This document shows positions 52,255 through 64,000 of a stretch of DNA of 64,000 bases, piece by piece. The DNA is from Octopus sinensis (taxonomy: Eukaryota), in assembly GCF_006345805.1 (NCBI RefSeq), contig NC_043002.1, positions 100,998,001 to 101,062,000 of the forward strand, in the 5' to 3' direction. A program made the position numbers and the translations under genes. Each line of letters opens with the position of its first letter. The first letter of the stretch is position 1. Under the pieces are notes generated by a model. The model was not told the origin of the DNA and made no database searches. It saw only the letters and a program-made list of their open reading frames with translations.

Positions 52255-52370
52255 TGGTAAAAACGGTAAGATAACAAAAGAAAGAAAGAGACCTCAATAT
52301 TATGTAAATAGAGGAAATTTATCTGTAAAATAATGTGACAATTGTTCGGTAGCTAAGATATATATATGTT

Positions 52371-52417
<47 letters not shown>

Positions 52418-52485
52418 ACTGGTCATAATGCGCTTTTCATTGTTCTAGCCTTCAAATGACGCCACGCCGCTGCCTAAGCAAACAG

Positions 52486-52557
<72 letters not shown>

Positions 52558-52598
52558 TATATACATATATATATACATATATATATATACATATATGT

Positions 52599-52654
<56 letters not shown>

Positions 52655-52677
52655 GTACAGATATACATATATATATA

Positions 52678-52733
<56 letters not shown>

Positions 52734-52770
52734 CATATATATATATTTATACATACATATATACATAATA
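52183..52770. repeat. (TA)n arrays interrupted by short repeat fragments
   Basis: Directly visible; 52255-52360 matches 58577-58670. Confidence 0.85.
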
Positions 52771-53219
52771 ATTATATAAATATATATGATAATTTAGTGA
52801 ATACTTGGGATGAGCGCAAAATAAAATGCAAACACAAGTTACTTTACTTATATAATAAATTTCTTGATAAATAATGAATATTTATTAGCCTTAATTAGCT
52901 CCTTATTTGTTGATTTATGTAATAGTATTCTAAATATAGCAGGTGATGTGTAGTACTTATTATATAGTTTATTTTAGTTATTTAGGTTCTGTTTTTAATT
53001 ATTGTTAGATTATATATAGTTGTTTATTTTATTACTAAATATTTTATTACTAAATATATTTTTTAATAAATATTTAATGGTTTATTGAATATAGAGTTTG
53101 GTAAGTTACAATTTTATTTATCTTATAATAAAGTTAAGTTTATATATTTTGTTATATTTCTGTATAATTTTGTTAAATTATAATTTGTTATATTATCTAT
53201 TGTATGTATTCTCTTTATA

Positions 53220-53985
53220 TTTGAAATAGATTTATTTAGTTGTTTATTTGATCTATTTTATTTAATATAGAAGTATAGATTAGTAAGATTAAATATTTAG
53301 ATTAAACTTAATGTTTACCTCATTTTTTGTATTGTAGTATGAATATAGACATTTATATACGTATTTACTATATGATATATGTGTTTGTGTGTGTATGTAT
53401 ATATGTGTATAGGTTGATGTGCGTGTATATATATGTATATGTATATACATTTATTTATGTGTGTGTGGGTGTGTGTATATAGGTGTATGTGTATATATTG
53501 AGTATTGTATGTATGTACATGTATGTATGTGTGTGTATGTGTGTATGTGTGTGTATATATGTGTGTATATATGTATATGTATGTATATATATATGTGTGT
53601 GTGTATTTGAAATAGATTTATTTAGTTGTTTATTTGATCTATTTTATTTAATATAGAAGTATAGATTAGTAAGATTAAATATTTAGATTAAACTTAATGT
53701 TTACCTCATTTTTTGTATTGTAGTATGAATATAGACATTTATATACGTATTTACTATATGATATATGTGTTGTGTGTGTATGTATATATGTGTATAGGTT
53801 GATGTGCGTGTATATATATGTATATGTATATACATTTATTTATGTGTGTGTGGGTGTGTGTATATAGGTGTATGTGTATATATTGAGTATGTATGTATGT
53901 ACATGTATGTATGTGTGTGTATGTGTGTATGTGTGTGTATATATGTGTGTATATATGTATATGTATGTATATATATGTGTGTGTG

Positions 53986-53990
<5 letters not shown>
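53220..53990. repeat. Tandem duplication of an about 365-bp unit
   Basis: TTTGAAATAGATTTATTTAGTTG... starts at about 53220 and again at about 53586, nearly identical. Confidence 0.9.
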
Positions 53991-54056
<66 letters not shown>

Positions 54057-54894
54057 TTTATATATATATGTATACGTATGTATAGTTATACTGCAAATTT
54101 TTGAGATTTTGGTTATGATCACTAATTTTAGCTTATAATTATAAGAGCATTGGGAAAGACTTTATAGTACGATGAGGGGGTACTATAAAAAATTTTTTTT
54201 ATATATTTATTAATCATATAAGATTTTTAGAATATATTTAGTAATGAGTGGTTTTTATCATTTAAATTATTTAATTTATTTTGTATTAAGTATTATTTAT
54301 CATAGTTATTTTATTAATAAATCTTATAGTATAGAGTGATTTTATTCTTTATCTGTGACTTCATTCTAATTACACTGATAAAACATTAATGTTCCCATTC
54401 ACAATCTTCATTGATAAAGCGTATTTGTTCCTCACGCTTAATGAATTCTTCAACAATTTATTCTTTTTTTGCTAATAACGTAATTCCACGAGTATTCTTA
54501 TAAACGCTGTAAAGACGTTTTCCGATTCAAAATTTTAGTTCATTACAAAACCTTGCTAAGATAAGTATTTATTTATATTTAAGATCTTTAAATTGTAAAT
54601 TTTAATATTTTATAAGTCTTTGATATAATATTTTCCTTATGTAAATATCGTTGTTTATGTAATGATCTAATTATCGTAATTTTCTATATTATTAGATATT
54701 AAATTTAAGTTTATTCGTAAGATATTACTTAGTAATAGATTTGTTGTTTGATAGCAAGTATACGAGGTGTCTAAACTTAGGCTTTTGTATATACATGTAT
54801 TAATAGTATTAATTGCAGTTTTAAATTTCTTATAATTAAAATTAGATAAACTCTTATAAACTTAGATATGTTTTGACTAATGATTGGTCCAGGC

Positions 54895-55112
54895 CATACT
54901 CTCTTTACTCTTTACTCTTTTACTTGTTTCAGTCATTTGACTGAGGCCATGCTGGAGCACCGCCTTTAATCGAGCAACTCGACCCCGGGACTTATTCTTT
55001 GTAAGCCCAGTACTTATTCTATCGGTCTCTTTTGCCGAACCGCTAAGTGACGGGGACATAAACACACCAGCATCGGTTGTCAAGCAATGCTAGTGGGGAC
55101 AAACACAAACAT

Positions 55113-55185
<73 letters not shown>

Positions 55186-55346
55186 CGACGGGCTTCTTTC
55201 AATTTCCGTCTACCAAATCCACTCACAAGGCTTTGGTCGGCCCGAGGCTATAGTAGGAGACAGTTGCCCAAGGTGCCACGCAGTGGGACTGAACCCGGAA
55301 CTATGTGGTTGATAAACAAGCTACTTACCACACAGCCACTCCTGCG
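54895..55346 (-). mobile_element. SINE family A, full length
   Basis: Reverse complement of 2494-2911; inserted into the GGTCCAGGCCA|TGTCTAACTTAATAGC LINE tail. Confidence 0.85.
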
Positions 55347-55937
55347 CCATGTCTAACTTAATAGCATAACTTAGTTACTGTCTTTTTAAATAGATATTCG
55401 CTAGTTATTCCCATTGATAATTATATTTATAGTATTTATAGTATTTATTCGATACTATATAACTACGAATTGATTATTTCTATAAGTATTTTAAAATAAG
55501 ATTTCTGAAAGTTCGTTTAAGTTTGTTTGTTTGTATTTTTGAAATTAGCTATTTCATCTTTAAATATGAAAAATTAATTTATTAGGTCTTTATTATATGT
55601 GCATATATATTTATTTATAGAGATTATATTAGATCTTAATTGTAATATTTATATATATTTATATATTTTCATTGATAATTTATATATAATAGTCATTTTA
55701 AAAAATATATTTATGTAATTAGATATAGACTATTACCGATATTAAATTATTGGTGGGTTTCTTACCTTATAAATTAAAATTAATATTTAACATTATAATC
55801 GATTTTGATATAATCATAATTGTTAAGTTTTAAGTTCTAGTTTGATAATAGAGTTTATTATAAGTGAAATTATTATATTATTTATATCTTTAAAATATTG
55901 TTTAAATATTTCTGATTATTTTTAAAATATTCAAATT

Positions 55938-56030
55938 AACCTGAAGATTGACTGTAACCATAACTCGAATTATTAATTGAATTTAAATTATTGTTATTCG
56001 AATTGGTACAGCCATGAAACGATCGTAGTG
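55938..56030 (+). ncRNA. Hammerhead motif with extended stem II
   Basis: AAC-CUGAAGA-UUGACUGUAACCA...UGGUACAGCCAU-GAAA-CGAUCG-UA-GUG; core intact, palindromic stem III, short stem I. Confidence 0.6.
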
Positions 56031-56288
56031 TTTTACTCTTTATCTTTTATTAAACTTTTAATACTTTTGATATTTAAAAAAAAAAAAATTAATTAATAAA
56101 ATAATATATAAATATGAAAATATATATACATACATATATATATTTGTATATATATATATAAAATTTATAAGTTTAAATTATTTAAATAATTTTTTATTTT
56201 TAACTTTTATATTTTAAAATTAATTTTATGTATTGGCTTATGTTTTTCACTGTTTGATTTGCCTAATAGTGGTTTTATCTCTAATTTG

Positions 56289-56396
<108 letters not shown>

Positions 56397-56446
56397 CATA
56401 TATATATATGTGTGTGTGTGTGTGTGTATGTGTGTGTGTCAGTGTG

Positions 56447-56720
56447 TGAAGGCGCATGGCTCAGTGGTTAGAGCGTCCGGCTTACAATCGTGAGGTTGTG
56501 AGTTCGATTCCCTGACCGGTCTGCGTGTTGTGTTCCTGAGCAAGACACTTTTTCACGTTGCTCCAGTTAACTCACCTCTAGAAATGAGTTGCGACATCAC
56601 TGGTGCCAAGCTGTATCGGCCCCTTTCCCTTTCCCTTGGATAATATCAACAGTCTTGTCCGGACTTGTACCTCGGAGGGTTACTTTCTAGTTGCAATACC
56701 ATGGTCATTCATGACCGAAA
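56447..56720 (+). mobile_element. tRNA-derived SINE, family C
   Basis: A box TGGCTCAGTGG and B box GTTCGATTCC, followed by a non-tRNA body; no acceptor stem. Confidence 0.75.
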
Positions 56721-57726
56721 GGGGTCTCCCCATATATATATATATATATATATATGCATATATAGATGTATATTTATGTGTGCGTGTCTTCTGTTTGTCC
56801 CCCTCCACTGCTTGACAACTGGTTTTTACGTCCGCATATCATAGCAGTAATCGATAGATTACAAAAATATCCTAGGGTCGATTTGGTCAACTAATGACTT
56901 CAGAGCTCTTGCACGGTCGCAGCCAAGACTTAAATCAGAATAAATGTAAGAAGAAAAAGATAAATATATGAATATATAAGGTGGGGTGATGATATTATAT
57001 CAATCATTGGAAGAAATATAATGGTCTGGTAGGTTCCACAAATAGGAAACATTGTGCAGTTAAATTTACAGATTTTGAAAGCATCGAGGACTTGCGATTT
57101 TCTTTAATGACTGACTGACGGATATATATTTTTGACAATCTTCTATGAGTGACCATGAATGAAGTTGAGCAGTTTTGGTTTGCATGCTGAGACGCCTCAG
57201 TCGGATACCATTCCTGTTGCTAGAAAACAATATTGAGGAAACGTTTGAGAAAATTCCTCATAATATCTGGAATTTTATCTGCAAAGCCTTCCGAATAATA
57301 TTTCAAATAATTTTTCATATATTCAAACAACAGATAATTCTAAGGAATAAGTTTGAGTTACGTACAGAATGATAGAAAACATGAAACTAAGAGAACTAGA
57401 ATTATTAACATTTCAGTTATAACATATTAAAAAATACGATACAGTTGCATATTGAGTTTTATAAGTTACCACTTTTCGATGAATCAATAAACGCGCGCGC
57501 GCACGTGTGCATCTTTATCTATTTATCTATATATATCTCTCTATCTATCTACACACACACACACACATACACACACATTTTGAGGATATGCCAACTGGTT
57601 TTATCCCCATTCACTTCGGTATCACTTTTACTTAGCATTACTTTTCTATTGTGATACAAATAATATGAATCAAGTATCCATTATATTTACTCTTCCCCAT
57701 TTTCTTTTATTAACTTTTTATAATAT

Positions 57727-57801
<75 letters not shown>

Positions 57802-57980
57802 CATATATATATGCACATATATAAATTTGAGATCGAATGATCAAGGTGTATGGCTTTTCCTATTTGTATTCTCCAATCTTACCGTGCTCTCTACACATTC
57901 TGATCAAATCCTCCATATGTCAACATGTATCTCCTTACAACAAAGTATACTTCATTTAATCAAGATACCGTTGGCCTGAG

Positions 57981-58048
<68 letters not shown>

Positions 58049-58285
58049 TGTATGTATGTATCTATTTTTTTCTTTTATTTGTTTTATTTGGAATGACAAG
58101 TTTAAATGTTTAAATACTGTTGGAATTTTTCTCACAAGTTTTTGGAATCTTATATGTATACCATTCTGCCTAAATAATGGATCTACATATTACATATGTA
58201 GATTACATCTATTTTCATTCCTCCACTTCACTCTCTATTTCGTATCTTATCTAAATTGACTATTGCTTAACCATTTTCTCACACC

Positions 58286-58333
58286 GTCTCCGATGTAGGA
58301 ATATAATAAATATCCTGGAAACAGCTGTAAGAC
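58286..58333 (+). ncRNA. Degenerate hammerhead motif
   Basis: GUCU-CCGAUGU-AGGA...UCCU-G-GAAA-CAGCUG-UA-AGAC; all three stems pair, core has two changes. Confidence 0.45.
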
Positions 58334-58646
58334 CTACTATTTATAAATATTCTAAAATCTTCACAGCCTTAGTTTTTTTTTATCTCATTCTGAAAAAAAA
58401 ATATATATACACACGCTGATATATGACCTACATTAGACGCCTTTTTCGCATAATTATAGACCTGGAGTTTAACTATGATCTACCCATAGCACTTACTCAG
58501 CATTACCTGACACCCTTTGGGTCTTATTGACACCATTACCTCTCATAACCTATATATATATATATATATATATATATTGACAGAAATGGCAAGACAACAA
58601 AAGAATGAAAGAGACCTCGATGTTATGTAAATAGAGGAATTTTCTG

Positions 58647-59423
58647 TAAATATATGTGACAATTATTCGGTAGCCATGATAAAACTTCGAGTTTTGGATG
58701 TTGGGGTGGAAGCCCACGTCGGCATCTCTTCAGTTATTGGGCCATCCAAAATATGCTATGAAAATGACCGTTAAAACAAAGGGAAATTACTGTGTGATTG
58801 ACTGTTATTAAGACAAAAGAACTATTAGAATGACCGCTAAGTAAGGGAAGGGAGTAAAGGTAAGGGAGTAAAGTATACGCACATATACGCACATACCCGC
58901 ACACGTGTATGTGCGTGCATGCGAGTATGTGCGTTTATAGACGTGTTTTACTCTTATTGCTTATTTTTTACACTTTTTTATACATTTTTCTGAATGTTGC
59001 CTTTAGCCCTGTATTTTCTTGTACATGTGCGTATATCGACGTGTGTATGTATATATTTTTTGGCGAATATGTGGGTGAGCATGTGTGTGTTTCAAGTGAG
59101 CGTGGATGAGTATATACATATAGGTGCATGTACGTGGGTATGTGGGCGCACATGCGTATGTATGGACTTGGGCGCTTACGGGATTACTATGAACATTTTT
59201 ACTCCCTTAACTTTACCACCTCCCCTTACTTAGCGGTCATTCTAATAGCTCTTTTGTCTTAATAACGGTCAATCACACAACAATTTCCCTTTGGTTTAAC
59301 GGTCATATTCATAGCATTTTTTGGGATGGCCGGATAACTGAAGAGATGACGGTGTGGGTTTCTTCCCCGACATCCGAAAGTCGGAGTTCTATCATGGCTA
59401 CCGAATAATCGTCACATATATTT

Positions 59424-59424
<1 letters not shown>
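58647..59424. mobile_element. Inverted pair of Penelope-like terminal repeats (58647-58872 and 59197-59424)
   Basis: Diverged about 225-bp arms in inverted orientation around a degenerate TG/TA spacer; each arm carries a hammerhead motif. Confidence 0.75.
59333..59393 (+). ncRNA. Hammerhead motif (right arm); mirror copy at 58678-58738 on - strand has G12>A
   Basis: GAUAA-CUGAAGA-GAUG...CAUC-C-GAAA-GUCGGAG-UUC-UAUC. Confidence 0.55.
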
Positions 59425-59479
<55 letters not shown>

Positions 59480-59496
<17 letters not shown>

Positions 59497-60460
59497 CACA
59501 GCGTTTGTGATGGGTAAATTGTCGCCATTTTATATGTATAATTTTGCACATGCGCAATGTCTCGTTTTGGGCTTGTCGACTACGCAGAATAGTACGATCA
59601 GATGGGTACAGTCTGTTAGAAAAACAGTTCAATGAAGCAATTCGCTCTGCCAGAAATTTGGAAACGGCACGTTGCATTGATTGGCATTCGCGCCGTAAGC
59701 TCCAATACGAACGTTTCTTAGTGTTTCGGCGTCAATCTGCGGGCAGTGCAATCTGATGACAGGTACCGAGAGTGATAAAAATCAAACATCCAGTCAGCAT
59801 CATTGGGTTTCGGGTGAATACAAGTGATGGCGTCGTTACACCTCAATTCATCTTCCCATACACCATCAGACTCCACACGGTAGTGCTGTCCTAGATCAAG
59901 AAGGTGGCTACTGGAAGCCTCTATGTCTGGCAACAGGACTCTGCACCATGCTACACAAGCAGTAGGACCCAATCATGGCTGTCAGATGGCTGTCAGACTA
60001 TTTCTGCGAGGCGGCGAGCTGGCAGAAACGTTAGCACGCCGGGCGAAATGCGTAGCCGTATTTCGTCTGTCGTTACGTTCTGAGTTCAAATTCCGCCGAG
60101 GTCGACTATGCCTTTCATCCTCTCGGGGTCGATAAATAAAGTACCAGTTTCGCACTGGGTCGATGCAATCAACTTAATCCGTTTGTCTGTCCTTGTTTGT
60201 CCCCTCTATGTTTAGCCCCTTGTGGGTAGTAAAGAAATATATTTCTGCGACGGCATAGCCCCTAACATTTGACTACCTAACTCCCCAGACTGCAACCACG
60301 TTGATTATTATGTCTGAATCGCAGTTGAGCGAGAGACCAGCAAAACTCCTTGTAACACCAAAGATGAACTAAAAGCAAGGATTATGGTAGCATTCACCAA
60401 TTTAAACAGGGAGACCGAAGTCGTATGGGGCCGAGGTTGAAGCCAATGGCGATTTTATTG
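59480..60460 (+). mobile_element. Decayed IS630-Tc1-mariner remnant interrupted by a SINE
   Basis: PNSPDCNHVDYYV motif downstream of the SINE. Confidence 0.5.
60010..60239 (+). mobile_element. SINE family B with TSD
   Basis: 11-bp TSD TATTTCTGCGA at 59999-60009 and 60240-60250. Confidence 0.9.
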
Positions 60461-61189
60461 AATAAATTTACTCCTTGGCATTTCAAGACATCTTTATGTA
60501 ATTTTGGTAAATGTATCTTGTTTCACGCGCGGAGTTGCTTGTTTACTGGGGCTAAGCCATTCCTTACGCTACTTCATATTGATGTACAAGCACCATTTTT
60601 CGTCGCCAGTAACGATTCCGTAAAGAAATCGTTGCTTGTGTTCAGAAGTTGAGCGGTGTGGAGCAAGCAAACCAGCAGAGATTATGGCTCGTTGATTTTT
60701 GTTGTTGTCACTTAAAGCATGCGGAACCCATGCCCCATACTTCTGAACCTTTCCCATCGAGCGAAGATGCTTCTCCATATCAGTGTGGGAGCATTCCACT
60801 CCTCTGCCACTTCCCTTGTCGTTTGACGAGAATTTTCGTGCAAAAGTTGGTTTAATCGCTTTTCATCGAACTCAACTGGACAGCCAGAATGAAGTGCGTT
60901 TTTGAGGTCAAAATGTCCATTATTGAACTTGGCATACCAATCACGAACGCTTCTTTCAGCTATGGTACCCTCTCCATAAACAGCACAAATGTCGCGATCA
61001 GCTTTTGTGGTCTTAGAACCTTGATTAAAATCACAAAGAAGATGTCGAAAATGGTCGTTTTTCTTAACTTGACATTCCATTTTAATAATCTGAAAATAAT
61101 CAAAAATTAACTAAAATTAACTAGAAAAAAAATAGATTCTAAAATTTAAAAACCAAATTTTAGAAAACGGCAGGAACTTAGTTGCCAAC

Positions 61190-61192
<3 letters not shown>
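60460..61192 (-). mobile_element. Mariner, 5' half with TIR
   Basis: TA|TTGGGTTGGCAACTAAGTTCCTGCCG terminus; GAWVPHALS and IVTGDEKW motifs; frameshifts. Confidence 0.85.
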
Positions 61193-61225
<33 letters not shown>

Positions 61226-61302
61226 GAGAGAGACAGAGAGAGACAGAGACAGAGTAACATACAGACAGACAGATATATGTGTATATACATATACATATAT
61301 CG

Positions 61303-61379
<77 letters not shown>

Positions 61380-61381
<2 letters not shown>

Positions 61382-62102
61382 CAACTAATGAGAGAGAGTC
61401 CACATGTGGTCACTCTAACGCTAGATATAGATGCACGAAGGGAATCTACCACTAAAGAAATGTTCTCACGAATTAATTCAACGCGCCAAGAATGTAAGCG
61501 AGCAGGACAAATGAAAAATAACGAAAAAATAGATTAACTCTAAAGAATTGTTTCACCGTTAATAGATTGTGTAATTTTACTTACACAATCATTTTCGGAT
61601 CTTCAGTAAAATATATCAAAAATATAATTTGCTGAGTCGAACGTCAACATCCACACGAAGCCGAATGAAGGCGAATGGCACAGCCGATTATATCTGCAGT
61701 TATGTTCAAATATCCTCATTCTCGCGCGTTGAAAAACCGGATGTAAATACTACCCCAATAATTTACTGCCGGTTTGAGAACATATTAATTTATAATTAAA
61801 ATCACAATAAGGGTGAAAAAATTGAATATTAATTAATAACATCAATTTAAAACACGAAGTGGCCTAGCGTATAAAGACTGGGATACAGTAAAAATTATTA
61901 ATACAAGTAATGAGAGAGAGTCCACATGTGGTCACTCTAACGCTAGATATAGATGCACGAAGGGAATCTACCACTAAAGAAATGTTCTCAATTGTTTCAC
62001 CGTTAATAGATTTTTTACTGTATCTCAGTCTTTATACGCTAGGCCACTTGGTGTTTTAAAATGATGTTATTAATTAATATTCAATTTTTTACCCTTATTG
62101 GG

Positions 62103-62110
<8 letters not shown>
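61380..62110. repeat. Rearranged element with direct (61380-61467 / 61903-61989) and inverted (61803-61893 / 62013-62103) repeats
   Basis: Directly visible; flanked by (TA)n. Confidence 0.8.
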
Positions 62111-62174
<64 letters not shown>

Positions 62175-62195
62175 CATACATACATATATATATTG

Positions 62196-64000
62196 GCGGT
62201 AGTAGGAAATTGTATCAGACTACGAAAAGAGAAGCTAGGAGACAGTTTTATTTAGCCAGAGGGGAAGCAGATAAGAAAAAAATTTGCCAATGCTCTGCGC
62301 CGTGAGGACCAAAGACTTGAAGTATTTCGTGCTGCAAGACAGTGTGTGCGAGAGAATCGTGATGTGGTAGGAGAGAAATGTGTCTGCATGGATGATGTTT
62401 CACTTGCACTAAATGAGGATGCAAAGAGAGAGGTTTGGAGATGCCACTATGAAAGGTTGCTCAAAAAAGAGAATGAATGGGATAAAGAGAGTCTGCCGAA
62501 TGTCGACCCAATAGAGGGACCAGCTATCCGAGTTGACAGTTCCATAGTAGTTAAGGCAATTAGAAGCATGAAGACAGGGAAAGCCCCAGGCCCATCAGGA
62601 ATTACTGCTGAGATGTTCAAAATATCTGGCAGTGTCGGCTATAGCCTAGTCACCCGTATACTTAACCAGGTGATACATGAAGGAGTCATACCCAATGACT
62701 GGTGTAGTAGCATAATAGTCAACTGCTACAAAGGTAAAGGTGATGCTCTAGATACAAGTAATTACAGAGGTATCAAGCTGTTGGATCAGGTAATGAAGGT
62801 TACGGAAAGGGTCATAGCCCAGCTGATTAGGGAGAGAGTCAACCTGGACGAGATGCAGTTTGGTTTCGTGCCAGGGAAAAGCACCACCGATGCCATATTT
62901 CTGGTGAGACAGCTGCAGGAGAAATACCTAGCCAAAGATAAAACTCTGTACCTGGCTTTCGTTGACTTGGAGAAAGCCTTTGACAGGGTCCCCTGATCCC
63001 TTATCTGGTGGTCAATGAGGAAACTAGGGATAGATGAATGGTTAGTGAGAGCTGTGCAAGCCATGTACAGGGACGCTGTTAGTAAGGTGAGGGTTGACAA
63101 CGAGTACAGTGAAGAATTCCGGGTTGAGGTTGGCGTCGACCAAGGCTCAGTCCTCAGCCCCCTCCTATTTATCATAGTCCTCCAGGCAATAACGGAGGAA
63201 TTCAAGAGAGGATGTCCCTGGGAGCTCCTCTATGCTGATGACTTTGCTCTAATTGCTGAGTCACTATCAGAACTGGAGGAGAAGTTTCAGACGTGGAAGC
63301 AAGGATTAGAATCGAAGGGCCTCAGAGTCAACCTAGCTAAAACCAAAGTCCTAATAAGTAGGAAGGTAGACAAATCACAAACGCCTTCGGGTAGATGGCC
63401 CTGCTCGATCTGTAGAAAAGGCGTAGGCAGGAACTCTATAAGATGCACCAAGTGTAAGCTATTGACACATACGAGGTGCAGCAATGTCAAAGGAAGGCTA
63501 ACTAGGAATATAGTTTTTGTATGTGGCAGATGCTCTGGTGCAATAAACACTGAAAATGCGCAGAGACCATCTTCCGCCACATTCCAGGGAGAAAAACTAG
63601 AAATACTTGATAGTTTCCGTTACCTAGGTGATCAAGTCAGTAGCGGAGGCGGGTGTGCCGAAAGTGTAACTGCTAGAGTAAAAATAGCCTGGGCAAAGTT
63701 CAGAGAGTTCTTACCTCAAAGGCCTCTCGCTCAGAATAAAAGGCAGACTGTATGACGCACGTGTACGAACAGCCATGCTACATGGCAGTGAAACATGGGC
63801 CGTGACTGCTGAGGATATGCGTAAGCTTGCAAGAAATGAAGCCAGTATGCTCCGATGGATGTGTAATGGCAGTGTTCATACCCGACAGAGTGTAAATGCC
63901 TTGAGAGAAAAGTTGGACTTAAGAAGCATCAGATGTGGTGTGCAAGAGGGGCGTCTACGCTGGTATGGAAACGTGGTAAGAATGGATGAAGATAGTTGTG
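62196..64000 (+). mobile_element. RTE-clade LINE RT region, lightly disrupted, runs off the window
   Basis: Long RT ORFs (216 and 246 aa) separated by one TGA; LLYADD; internal C4HC3 module; frameshift near 63716. Confidence 0.93.

Noticed and set aside
52385-52460. Further hammerhead-like traces (also about 44395-44435 and 49800-49840)
   Set aside because: Only GAAA plus a partial palindrome; the core is too degenerate to support a call.
52790-56280. AT-rich tract as a mitochondrial insertion (NUMT)
   Set aside because: No recognisable mitochondrial gene, rRNA or tRNA motif; it contains LINE-tail and hammerhead remnants instead.
56447-56520. tRNA-like sequence
   Set aside because: No acceptor stem and it continues into a SINE body; called as a SINE head.

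Overview
AT-rich, repeat-dense eukaryotic DNA. The SINE families, RTE LINEs and microsatellite load point to an octopus (coleoid cephalopod) genome; this is inferred from recognition, not from a database search. Most of the window is decayed transposons (RTE and CR1-like LINEs, Tc1/mariner, hAT, gypsy, Helitrons, SINEs, MITEs). Three things are not explained by the ORF track. (1) A complete multi-exon + strand gene, with TATA/Inr at about 31.85 kb and CDS join(33108..33180,37996..38133,42666..42808), encodes an unnamed 117-aa secreted protein with 10 mature cysteines in two tandem beta-type modules. (2) Two exons of a diverged PSMC3/Rpt5 gene lie on the - strand; the conserved intron position has an AT instead of GT donor, a candidate for A-to-I-created splicing. 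(3) About eight minimal hammerhead-ribozyme motifs of the Penelope-like-element type sit in microsatellite-flanked elements. Several are in long inverted repeats, and one pair shows a compensatory G3:C8 core. Repeat boundaries are approximate unless TSD or TIR coordinates are given.
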